This document shows positions 44,511-53,013 of a stretch of DNA of 64,000 nucleotides, in pieces. The position numbers were made by a program, and so were the translations under genes. This stretch comes from an uncultured Alphaproteobacteria bacterium (GTDB lineage: Bacteria; Pseudomonadota; Alphaproteobacteria; Methylaequorales; Methylaequoraceae): positions 74,505-138,504 of the forward strand of contig CABZFH010000002.1 of NCBI GenBank assembly GCA_902524895.1, given 5' to 3'. Under the pieces are notes generated by a model, which did not search any database, was not told the origin of the DNA, and saw only the letters and a program-made list of their open reading frames with translations. Within the stretch, counting starts at the first letter, position 1; the number at the start of each line of letters is the position of its first letter.

Positions 44511-44942
44511 ATGTTTTCAAGAGACTCCAATAGCAACAATAACGAAACTAGAAGTAGACCCATTAGCTCTGATGCTAGTGTTATTGGTACTGAAATGCAA
44601 ATTAATGGCAATATAAAATGTCAAGGAAGTCTCATTTTAAAAGGAACAGTTAAAGGGAATATTGAATGCGATGAAATAAGCGTAACTAATGAAGGCGTCT
44701 TAAAAGGATCAGTCAAAGCTCAAGATACAATTATTTCAGGAAAATTTGAGGGTAATATCTACTCCGATTCTATTTCAATAGAATCTACCGCAAAAATCAA
44801 AGGTGGTATACATTATAATAAATTTCAAGCTGAACCTGGTGCTAAGTTGGAGGTGGATTTAAATGTTGGATTAGAGAAAAACAATGCTAAGCCTGTCAAA
44901 AAGACAAATTTAGCTAAATCATTAAAATCATTGAAGGGATAG
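44511..44942 (+). CDS. Bactofilin (polymer-forming cytoskeletal protein) 1
   Basis: SVIGTEMQINGNIKCQGSLILKGTVKGNI...A.IKG.IHY...EPGA beta-helix repeats. Confidence 0.92.
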   Translation: MFSRDSNSNNNETRSRPISSDASVIGTEMQINGNIKCQGSLILKGTVKGNIECDEISVTNEGVLKGSVKAQDTIISGKFEGNIYSDSISIESTAKIKGGIHYNKFQAEPGAKLEVDLNVGLEKNNAKPVKKTNLAKSLKSLKG

Positions 44943-44946
44943 TATC

Positions 44947-45327
44947 GTGGCAGACAACCAATCAATAATAGGAACAGACGTAATATTTAAGGGAAAAATC
45001 ACTAACTCTAAAACCATTGAAATTAATGGTAGGGTTGAAGCTGATATTAAATCTGAAAAAATAACGTTAGGTAAAACCGCAAGTTTTGAAGGTGGTATCC
45101 AAGCTGATCTAGTAGTGATTTCTGGTAAATATCAAGGAAAACTTAAAGCTGATTCGGTGTGGCTAACAGATTCGTCCATTATAACCGGTGAAATAAATTA
45201 TAAATCCCTACAAATGGATCGCGGTGCAGCATTAAATTGTAGAGTCGTTCACAATTGGGATGAAAAAAAAATGCGGAATAAAAAAAATGATGAAGATCTA
45301 GAAGAAGACTTAAACGAAAATAATTAG
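44947..45327 (+). CDS. Bactofilin 2
   Basis: SIIGTDVIFKGKI...IEINGRVEADI...ITGEINYKSLQMDRGA. Confidence 0.9.
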   Translation: MADNQSIIGTDVIFKGKITNSKTIEINGRVEADIKSEKITLGKTASFEGGIQADLVVISGKYQGKLKADSVWLTDSSIITGEINYKSLQMDRGAALNCRVVHNWDEKKMRNKKNDEDLEEDLNENN

Positions 45328-45335
45328 AGGCAGAT

Positions 45336-45653
45336 ATGAGTGATCTAACATACATAAATAAAGATTTGAATATGGAGGGCACACTTCAAGCCAAAGAAAG
45401 TCAGGTTGTAATTGCAGGGAAATACAAAGGTACAATTGAAGCTAAAACTGTAATTCTTGAGTCCACAAGTATATTTGACGGAACCTTAAATGCAGAACAT
45501 TTAAAGATTGAAGGCCAGGCTTCTGGGGATATTACCGCTGAATTTCTTGAAATAACGGGTTCTGGGAACTTTGATGGTAAACTTAAGACTAATTCACTTT
45601 CCGTTGATATGGGTGCAAAAGTTTCTGGAAATGTAGGCAGAATTACAGGTTAA
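45336..45653 (+). CDS. Bactofilin 3, minimal with no tails
   Basis: TYINKDLNMEGTL...GKYKGTI...FDGKLKTNSLSVDMGAKVSG. Confidence 0.88.
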   Translation: MSDLTYINKDLNMEGTLQAKESQVVIAGKYKGTIEAKTVILESTSIFDGTLNAEHLKIEGQASGDITAEFLEITGSGNFDGKLKTNSLSVDMGAKVSGNVGRITG

Positions 45654-45909
45654 GATTTTTATTTTCCTGTGTTTCAATACATTTTTTAAAAAAATCAATA
45701 CTGCTATCTGTGCCTTCAATCTGTTGAAGTTTCATTGACGAGTATCTTCCTGCGGCTAAAACAACTGCCCACTCATCATTGTAATACCTAGAATATTTAT
45801 TTAATACTGATTCTATCTCATCTCTGATTGACGAATAAATCTTTGCTTTTTCATCTCTTCGTTGTTTAATACGATCCGGAAAATTTATCACGTTTACTTT
45901 AGATTTCAT
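45643..45909 (-). CDS. Hypothetical protein, 88 aa
   Basis: Natural-looking composition (VNVINFPDR..., EWAVVLAAGR); no competing ORF. Confidence 0.65.
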   Translation of the reverse strand: MKSKVNVINFPDRIKQRRDEKAKIYSSIRDEIESVLNKYSRYYNDEWAVVLAAGRYSSMKLQQIEGTDSSIDFFKKCIETQENKNLNL

Positions 45910-46001
45910 AATTAATTAAACGACTTTTTTAAAAAAAATTTAGTAAAAAACATTTATTTAATACAAAATAGTCGATATATAGTAATATGAACAGGTAAAC
46001 T

Positions 46002-46391
46002 ATGACTCAAGATAAACAATCTAAATCTTTAATACCAATAAAAAATAATGAAGTAGCTGTAGTAAAAGCAGGGAATAATAAAGATCCATTAAATATATCA
46101 GAAAAATTACAACACTTTAAAAATAGAGATGAGGTAAAAAAGTTTTTACCAGATATACTTGGAAGAGTTCTTGCGAGAATATGGATTGATTCAGAGTTTA
46201 GAGAAGAATTTTCTGTTGATCCACAAAAAACTTTAGAATTTAATGGAGTGTATTTACCTGAAGATATGTATATAGAATTCCAAAAGCCCAATTCAGATAG
46301 GCCGAAAATTGTTGTCTATCAACAGAGACCTAAGTCAAAGTTTAAGTTAAGAGTTCTTTACCTACAATTAGTTATGATGGCTGGACGGTGA
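46002..46391 (+). CDS. Protein with a nitrile-hydratase-alpha/NHLP-leader-like motif
   Basis: VLARIWIDSEFREEFSVDPQKTLEFNGVYLPE resembles the A.AW.D..F+..L..DP...L...G..LP motif. Confidence 0.6.
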   Translation: MTQDKQSKSLIPIKNNEVAVVKAGNNKDPLNISEKLQHFKNRDEVKKFLPDILGRVLARIWIDSEFREEFSVDPQKTLEFNGVYLPEDMYIEFQKPNSDRPKIVVYQQRPKSKFKLRVLYLQLVMMAGR

Positions 46392-47020
46392 TCTTTAAGA
46401 AAATTAAATTATTATTTTTTGTTTTTCCCTTTTTTCTATTAGCAGATGAATATCTCTCAGACGAAAAATATTATGATAAAGGTATAGAATTATATAAAAG
46501 TGCAAAATTTTCTGAGGCATTCATAATTTTTTATAACCTGTCAATTAAGGGAGATAGAAATTCTCAATTTAATTTGTCAAATATGTACTCCGGTGGAATT
46601 GGTACTACTCAAGATTTCAGTGAGGCACTTAAATGGAGTTGGTTATGCTCATTAGGTGGTGAAAAGAAATGTTTTGAAAACTTAGAGTCATTAAAATCTG
46701 AAGTTGACGAAAAAACCCTAGAAAAAATTTCAAAAAATGTTGAAAAACTTCTCGAAAAAGAACTTTATAAATCACAAGATATTCAATATGCATTAAAATT
46801 AGGTTTTTGGTTTGAAAAATTTTCTCCAAATATAGATTTTGAAAAATCATATATGTGGTACTCTGTAGCAGTTACTGGGGGACTTTACAAGGCGATGAAA
46901 GTAAGAGATAAAGTAAGAAAAAAAATTGAAAATGAAGCTGTTATAAAACTTCAAAAAGAAGCAAATAAAATTTATACCAATATCAAGTATTTTGTAAATA
47001 AAAATGGAGATCAAAAATGA
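46388..47020 (+). CDS. Sel1-like repeat exported protein
   Basis: SQFNLSNMYSGGIGTTQDFSEALKW; DFEKSYMWYSVA. Confidence 0.85.
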   Translation: MIFKKIKLLFFVFPFFLLADEYLSDEKYYDKGIELYKSAKFSEAFIIFYNLSIKGDRNSQFNLSNMYSGGIGTTQDFSEALKWSWLCSLGGEKKCFENLESLKSEVDEKTLEKISKNVEKLLEKELYKSQDIQYALKLGFWFEKFSPNIDFEKSYMWYSVAVTGGLYKAMKVRDKVRKKIENEAVIKLQKEANKIYTNIKYFVNKNGDQK

Positions 47021-47238
47021 AATACAAAGTTCACTGGATAATAGATGGATTAATTGATGTTGATGCGGAATCAAAGGAAGAAGCCGAGAAAAAAGTTCAA
47101 GAAGAGCTTGAAACATATGTGAAAAATTCAGAAAAACTGATGAATGTATTTATAGCTAAATCTATTCAAGGTTCGGCATATTTACCAGGTGCTGAGCAAA
47201 AGGATGAAAATAAAAATGAAGATAATAATAATTCTTAA
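47017..47238 (+). CDS. Small acidic hypothetical protein
   Basis: YKVHW...IDVDAESKEEAEKKV beta-beta-alpha pattern; SD GGAG; coupled to the upstream gene. Confidence 0.65.
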   Translation: MKYKVHWIIDGLIDVDAESKEEAEKKVQEELETYVKNSEKLMNVFIAKSIQGSAYLPGAEQKDENKNEDNNNS

Positions 47239-47527
47239 AATATTTTTAATATTCTTCACGCCCTATTCAATTTCAAGTAAAGAAGAAGAGACAACCAAAA
47301 AAAAATATATTTCTAAAGGAAGAACTTACGCACCCGAGGAAGGTACATTTGACCGAAGAAAAAGGATCGTTATTCAACCAATATGTAGACTAGTAAAACA
47401 AACTATTGTGCCAGGGGATGTTGTTTGTGAATATGTTTCTCAAAAAAAAGATCAAAAAAATAAACAGATCTATTTAGGAGCTCCTGGGGAGCGTTGTCAA
47501 AGAGAAATTACTTGTCCAGTCAAATAA
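47216..47527 (+). CDS. Small exported four-Cys protein
   Basis: Signal peptide from ATG 47216; C-terminal ICRL...VCEY...ERCQREITCP. Confidence 0.6.
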   Translation: MKIIIILKIFLIFFTPYSISSKEEETTKKKYISKGRTYAPEEGTFDRRKRIVIQPICRLVKQTIVPGDVVCEYVSQKKDQKNKQIYLGAPGERCQREITCPVK

Positions 47528-47546
47528 GGAGTTAGATATTAGTTAT

Positions 47547-48446
47547 TTGAAAATAAGACAAAGATGTTGGGAACTCCTAGAACCTGGTGAAGAAAATGAT
47601 AGTAATAGTAAAAAAGTAGATATTTTTTTATTAGGTTTAATTTCTTTAAATATTTTATCAGTGATATTGGAAACTGTTGATAGTTTATTTAATCAGTACA
47701 AAGTTACATTTCAATATTTTGAATTTTTTTCAGTTTTAGTCTTTACAATCGAGTACATGGCTAGGCTATGGTCTTGTGTTACAGAGAAATTTAATAATGA
47801 AACCAACCTTAAGAGAAGAATTAAATACTTTTTTAGCTTTTCTGCAATTATTGATTTAATTGCAATATTACCGAGTATTATCGCTTTGATATATCCAACC
47901 ATTGATTTAAGATTTATAAGAGCATTGAGAATAATAAGACTGCTTAAATTTTCTCGTTACTCAAGCTCAATTAATAACTTACTTTCAGTAATTTGGAATC
48001 AAAGAAGATCATTTGGTGCAGCATATTTCATTTTATTTATCGCTTTAATAATTTCATCTAGTGGTATGTATTTGGTTGAAAAAGATGTTCAACCAGAAAA
48101 ATTTGGGAGTATTCCTCACGCAATGTGGTGGGCAATTGTTACACTGACAAGTGTAGGATATGGTGATGTAACGCCAATAACATCAATGGGTAAGTTTTTT
48201 GGATCTGTGATTATTATTTTAGGTATTTTAACAGTGGCATTGCCATCAGGAATTTTAGCTGCAGCATTTACTGATTTTACAAGGAAAAGCCAAAAAAAAT
48301 ATGAAGATAAACTTAAAGGAATGTTATCAGATAATTTTATTGATGCAGATGAAAGAAAAGAACTTATAAAATTATCTGAAAAATTAAACCTTTCTGAAGA
48401 TGACATTATTTCAATAGAAAACGACAGTAAAATCAATAAAAGTTAA
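47547..48446 (+). CDS. Six-TM voltage-gated-type potassium channel
   Basis: S4 RFIRALRIIRLLK, pore WWAIVTLTSVGYGD. Confidence 0.92.
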   Translation: MKIRQRCWELLEPGEENDSNSKKVDIFLLGLISLNILSVILETVDSLFNQYKVTFQYFEFFSVLVFTIEYMARLWSCVTEKFNNETNLKRRIKYFFSFSAIIDLIAILPSIIALIYPTIDLRFIRALRIIRLLKFSRYSSSINNLLSVIWNQRRSFGAAYFILFIALIISSSGMYLVEKDVQPEKFGSIPHAMWWAIVTLTSVGYGDVTPITSMGKFFGSVIIILGILTVALPSGILAAAFTDFTRKSQKKYEDKLKGMLSDNFIDADERKELIKLSEKLNLSEDDIISIENDSKINKS

Positions 48447-51400
48447 CCCACTGCACCAATAAAGTGTGTTATTCCACTACTTACTCTACGAGCACATTCA
48501 TGAAGTGCTTCGAGTTGTCTAAAAATATTTTTTTCCTCCTTTTTATAATCAATATCTTTATCGCTAACATAATTTGAAATTTCACCATAGTCTGAGTAAT
48601 CACTCTTTTGCTGTCCAACTGGAAAAATTTTCCTTAATATTGAAACTGCGTTTGGAACATCAAACCTTATTAATTTTGCAATAACTTCATCTCGCGAAAC
48701 ACCAGCCTGATCACTAAATTGAGGAATTTGAACCGATAAAAGAAAAATTTCGTGAAATATAGCTACTCTTACCCCGTGCATAAGCAATAATTCATCCCTT
48801 ATTTCTTTTTCGATGACCCTCCCTCTTCCTACAGCAACTCTTCCTCTGGACTTTCTTCCAAGAACCCAATTTCTTATTCCCATATACTCTTGATGTAAAT
48901 TTCTATAAACTTTATTTAGTCTCCAGTGTATATCAAAAGATTCTAATAAATTGGCAACAGATTTCATATTTTCACTTCGAGTTTTATCTGCAGTTCGTGT
49001 GGCCCATGACAACCACATTCCAGGATCAAAACAATCAATGTATGCTTTAAGAACTTCTATATCACTAAAAGCAAATGCATATTTTACGCTGTCAATTATC
49101 CGTCTAAATCTATCTGAATATTTGTAGTACTCATTAAATATTTTTGGATCTTTATCAATAAATTTCCCAATACCTCCTAGTGAATTTGCGAGCATACCCA
49201 ATTGCTGCAAAATGCAATTTTGCGGTATTGCTCGAGTTTGGCTTGGATGGTAGACTAAGGTTTTTATTCCACTATCTGTTTGACGTTTTACAGCTCTTGA
49301 ACCAGTAGAGTGTATAAGATTGGTACCAAATATATTTAATAATGCAGCATAATTTGGATCATCCATTATTTTTGTATTAAATTGCTTAATAGTATTTACA
49401 AATTCAATACCAAAATCTTGTGATTCATAAAAAGGATCAAGGTCTGTGAATGTATCCCTATTAATACAAAATTCTGATACTCTTGTTAGAGCTGCAAAAG
49501 CTAAATCCTTATTTAGAAAATATTGATATCCGTCTCCACCTTGAAAACTTATTTCTTGAATATAATCAATTTTCCATTCGTTAAATTTCTTTTTTGTATA
49601 TGAACAATTAACATACTTTAATCTTTCCAATAATGAAACAGGGTGTCCTCCTCTTCCTATCGATTCCCCGTGAGTATCAAATATTAGTAATTTAATATGC
49701 GATAAATTATTTTCAGCGAGAACTTTAGCTATTTTTCTTTGAAGATTTTCTATAGATAAAACAGCTGCTGGTTGACCTAAATATCTTCCAGCATCTGAAA
49801 AACCTGTTTGAATACATATTTTACCCCTTGCTATAATATACTTTCTATAGTGATTATTTTTCACCAGTGTTTCAATTACTCTGTGCCCATTCGCAAGAGC
49901 TTTCTCAGTTTCAAAAAGAGGAGAAATATCAATCTTTTTGTCTAAGTTAAACAGTTTTGAATAATAAAGCGCAGTAAGAGCAGTCAAGGCATAATCGCAT
50001 TCTGCTATTAAAAATCTTATTGGTTGATTATGATCAATATACTTAAAAATCTGGGTTATCAACATAAAATATCTTTTAGCATTCATATTTTCATCCATTA
50101 AAGTTCCAAAGTTGATATCCACTGCTTTGACATTTTCAATTAGCTTTGAAACTGCATTGAGGTATGTACTTTTATTCGATGGATCATCTGGATTTCCAGA
50201 TAAATTTATTTCCTTAGAAATAGCATTATTCAGTTGATTAGCATTCAATCTCACTTGAGTTCTAGCTAGACTTAAACCCAAATTTTTAATCTCAGACTTT
50301 AAAATCTGTAATTCAACAATGAAGTTATCATTATTTTTTTTTGCTAACTTTGATGAATCTATAATTATATTATCAAGCTGCTTAATTAAATCATTAATAT
50401 CAGTTAAAAGATGCTTTTTATTGTTAAATATAAATTTAGATGCTTTTTTCACTTTCTCAGTATTGGTTTTAAATCCTGAAACATCAAAATAATCAAATAT
50501 TTTTTTATTAATACTTAAACTTTTTGAAAAAAGATTTTTTAAATTTTCAAGTTTATTTGAAGTTTCATTTTCTAATTTATAATCTTTTTGAATACTATTT
50601 ATTCTATTAACATAGTTTTCTAATTGGTTTAATTTTACCTGCAATCTTTTATTAAAAGTATCTACCCAAGAAATATCACCTCTACCATCAACGTCATATC
50701 CAACCCAAGTGTGAAGAGAAAATATTAACGGAGAGATCTTATAGTAGTCATTTGGGTAAATTGATTTAATCACTGACAATGCTTTAAAGTAAAAATCTCT
50801 AATCGCCTGTTGCAAATTTTTAAGTGCTTTTATTGACAAATTGTGCTCATAATCAAGAGTTATATTTTTGTCAGGTCTTTGCTCGGTTTTAAAAATTTTT
50901 TTAATTATTTTTTTTAGGTCTGAAACTTTTAGTTTTTTTCCATCCGTTTTTGTCATAGTTGCCATGTTTGCTAAATCTTCATACATTTCAGCAGACATAC
51001 CAAAAGTTGGATGCGCGGTTAAAACAATCCCAAAAAGATCTTTTTCAACAATTTTTTTAAACTCTTCAAATGGTAGTAATTTGTTATTTTTAGTTTTTGA
51101 GAGATTTTTAATAAGAACTTCGATTGATTTGTTATTTTTTTCCCTATTTAGTTCTCCTATGTATGTTTTAAGTCTATCTGCTCTTAGACCAACAGAACCA
51201 ACGGCAAGTCTCTGAATTAAAGCCTCAAGAGCAGAATAATTTAACTTTTTTTTTTCTATTCTTCTAGATATATCAAGTGCAAGCATTGTTATTGAGTTGC
51301 TAAAAGGATCTTTTTCTGCACCAGCTCTAATCTTATCTAGATCTTTTTGTAAAATCTTTCTTAACAGTTGTGTATCTATATCTTTATCAACAGGAAAGCT

Positions 51401-51475
51401 ACTCCAAGTAGCTGGAAGCAGGGGTTTTCTGTATAAATCCATTTCTGAATGAGCAAGTTTTCTAATATTAAGCAT
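48443..51475 (-). CDS. ppc: Phosphoenolpyruvate carboxylase, atypical form
   Basis: VLTAHPT, WVGYDVDGR, PLFETE, QTGFSDAG, IGRGG, RAIP. Confidence 0.85.
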   Translation of the reverse strand: MLNIRKLAHSEMDLYRKPLLPATWSSFPVDKDIDTQLLRKILQKDLDKIRAGAEKDPFSNSITMLALDISRRIEKKKLNYSALEALIQRLAVGSVGLRADRLKTYIGELNREKNNKSIEVLIKNLSKTKNNKLLPFEEFKKIVEKDLFGIVLTAHPTFGMSAEMYEDLANMATMTKTDGKKLKVSDLKKIIKKIFKTEQRPDKNITLDYEHNLSIKALKNLQQAIRDFYFKALSVIKSIYPNDYYKISPLIFSLHTWVGYDVDGRGDISWVDTFNKRLQVKLNQLENYVNRINSIQKDYKLENETSNKLENLKNLFSKSLSINKKIFDYFDVSGFKTNTEKVKKASKFIFNNKKHLLTDINDLIKQLDNIIIDSSKLAKKNNDNFIVELQILKSEIKNLGLSLARTQVRLNANQLNNAISKEINLSGNPDDPSNKSTYLNAVSKLIENVKAVDINFGTLMDENMNAKRYFMLITQIFKYIDHNQPIRFLIAECDYALTALTALYYSKLFNLDKKIDISPLFETEKALANGHRVIETLVKNNHYRKYIIARGKICIQTGFSDAGRYLGQPAAVLSIENLQRKIAKVLAENNLSHIKLLIFDTHGESIGRGGHPVSLLERLKYVNCSYTKKKFNEWKIDYIQEISFQGGDGYQYFLNKDLAFAALTRVSEFCINRDTFTDLDPFYESQDFGIEFVNTIKQFNTKIMDDPNYAALLNIFGTNLIHSTGSRAVKRQTDSGIKTLVYHPSQTRAIPQNCILQQLGMLANSLGGIGKFIDKDPKIFNEYYKYSDRFRRIIDSVKYAFAFSDIEVLKAYIDCFDPGMWLSWATRTADKTRSENMKSVANLLESFDIHWRLNKVYRNLHQEYMGIRNWVLGRKSRGRVAVGRGRVIEKEIRDELLLMHGVRVAIFHEIFLLSVQIPQFSDQAGVSRDEVIAKLIRFDVPNAVSILRKIFPVGQQKSDYSDYGEISNYVSDKDIDYKKEEKNIFRQLEALHECARRVSSGITHFIGAVG

Positions 51476-51599
51476 AATTATTTATAATTTTAATTGAAAA
51501 AAATATTATACTTCAATTTTTAATTTTGGTATAAATTTTTGGTATTATTTTCAGTTTAATTATATTTATAATTAAATAAACAAAAAAATGTTTAATTAA

Positions 51600-52367
51600 A
51601 TGGCTCTTTTAGAAGAAAAAGTAATCAGTGTACACCATTGGACAAACAGGACCTTTAGCTTTAAGACTACAAGAAATCAAACTTTCAGATTTAAAAATGG
51701 TGAATTTGCAATGATAGGTTTAAAAATAGACAATAAACCTTTATTAAGAGCTTATTCAGTAGCAAGTGCTAATCATGAGAACTTTTTAGAATTCCTTTCC
51801 ATAAAAGTACCAAATGGTCCTTTGACTAGCAAACTTCAGTATATTAAAGAGAATGATACAATTATTGTAAATTCAAAATCTACAGGCACACTTGTATGCG
51901 ACTATTTACTTCCCGGAAAAAATCTATATCTTTTTTCGACTGGTACCGGCTTGGCCCCTTTCATGAGCATAATTCGAGACCCAGAAACTTATGAAAAATT
52001 TGAAAAGATAGTTTTAACTCATACTGTCAGAATTCCAGAAGAACTAGCATACAGAACATTGTTAGAAAATTTGAATAATGATGAAATTTATAAAGAAATT
52101 ACTAACAATAATTTTATATATTTTAACTCAGTTACCAGAGCAGAATGGCCAAGAAAAGGAAGAATTACAGAATGGATAAAAAATGACAAGTTATGGGAAG
52201 AAGTAGGTCTAGAGAAATTTGATCCAATAAATGATAGAGTCATGATTTGTGGTTCAGAAGAAATGACTGCCGAGATTAAAAATATTTTCATAGAAAAAGG
52301 CTGTGAGGAAGGATCTACAAAAGCACAAGGTAATTTTGTAATTGAAAAGGCATTTGCAGAAAAGTAA
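51600..52367 (+). CDS. fpr: Ferredoxin-NADP+ reductase
   Basis: RAYSVAS, GPLTSKL, STGTGLAPF, MICGS, FVIEKAF. Confidence 0.95.
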   Translation: MALLEEKVISVHHWTNRTFSFKTTRNQTFRFKNGEFAMIGLKIDNKPLLRAYSVASANHENFLEFLSIKVPNGPLTSKLQYIKENDTIIVNSKSTGTLVCDYLLPGKNLYLFSTGTGLAPFMSIIRDPETYEKFEKIVLTHTVRIPEELAYRTLLENLNNDEIYKEITNNNFIYFNSVTRAEWPRKGRITEWIKNDKLWEEVGLEKFDPINDRVMICGSEEMTAEIKNIFIEKGCEEGSTKAQGNFVIEKAFAEK

Positions 52368-53013
52368 TAACATTAAATTAGTATATTTTGACTTTCCATT
52401 TTGGCGAGTTGACATATGTCGTCTAACTCTTGAATTGGCAAAAATAAAATATAAAAATGTTGTCTTATCTAAAAAATATTTTTTAAAAAATAAAAAAACC
52501 AAAGAGTTTCCTTTTGGTCAATTACCAATTCTTATTGTAAATAATAAGACTATAGCTCAAACTTCAGCTATGATTAGATATTGTGGAAGATTGGCCAATT
52601 TGTATCCAAATGATCCAATGGAATGCGCCTTAGTTGATCAGATAATTGATTTTGCAAATGATATAACGTATTTGATTTCTCCGTCAATTAGAGAAAAAGA
52701 TGAAGTGAAAAAAAAAGCTAAAAGAAAAAAACTCAATGATAACATCCTACCTAGATGGATCAGTTATTTAGAAAGATTTTTTATTATTAATAATGTTAAT
52801 AATTACTTTGTTACAGAAAAATTCACAGTTTCTGATTTAGTTGTTTGGAGAATTTTACTTTGGTTAACCTCAGGAAAACTTGAAAATATAGATTTAAAGC
52901 TCAAAGATAAATTTCCGAAACTTGATGAATATTTTAACTTTATGTCAAATAATTCTAGTGTGACCAATCTAAATGAATATTCAAAAATAATGAAAAATCA
53001 AATTAATCTTTAG
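52342..53013 (+). CDS. Glutathione S-transferase, sigma-class-like; start uncertain
   Basis: LVYFD...R...RL, PFGQLPIL, IAQTSAMIRY, ALVDQIID. Confidence 0.88.
   Translation: MKRHLQKSNNIKLVYFDFPFWRVDICRLTLELAKIKYKNVVLSKKYFLKNKKTKEFPFGQLPILIVNNKTIAQTSAMIRYCGRLANLYPNDPMECALVDQIIDFANDITYLISPSIREKDEVKKKAKRKKLNDNILPRWISYLERFFIINNVNNYFVTEKFTVSDLVVWRILLWLTSGKLENIDLKLKDKFPKLDEYFNFMSNNSSVTNLNEYSKIMKNQINL

Noticed and set aside
45917-45978. Possible sigma28 (FliA) promoters: GTCGATAT on plus and TAAA-N14-GTCGTTTA on minus
   Set aside because: The plus-strand -10 has no properly spaced TAAA and the minus-strand match is weak; too easy to obtain in AT-rich DNA.
46002-47527. A RiPP biosynthetic cluster
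   Set aside because: No core peptide, modifying enzyme or peptidase-transporter is in the window; only the leader-like motif was kept as a finding.
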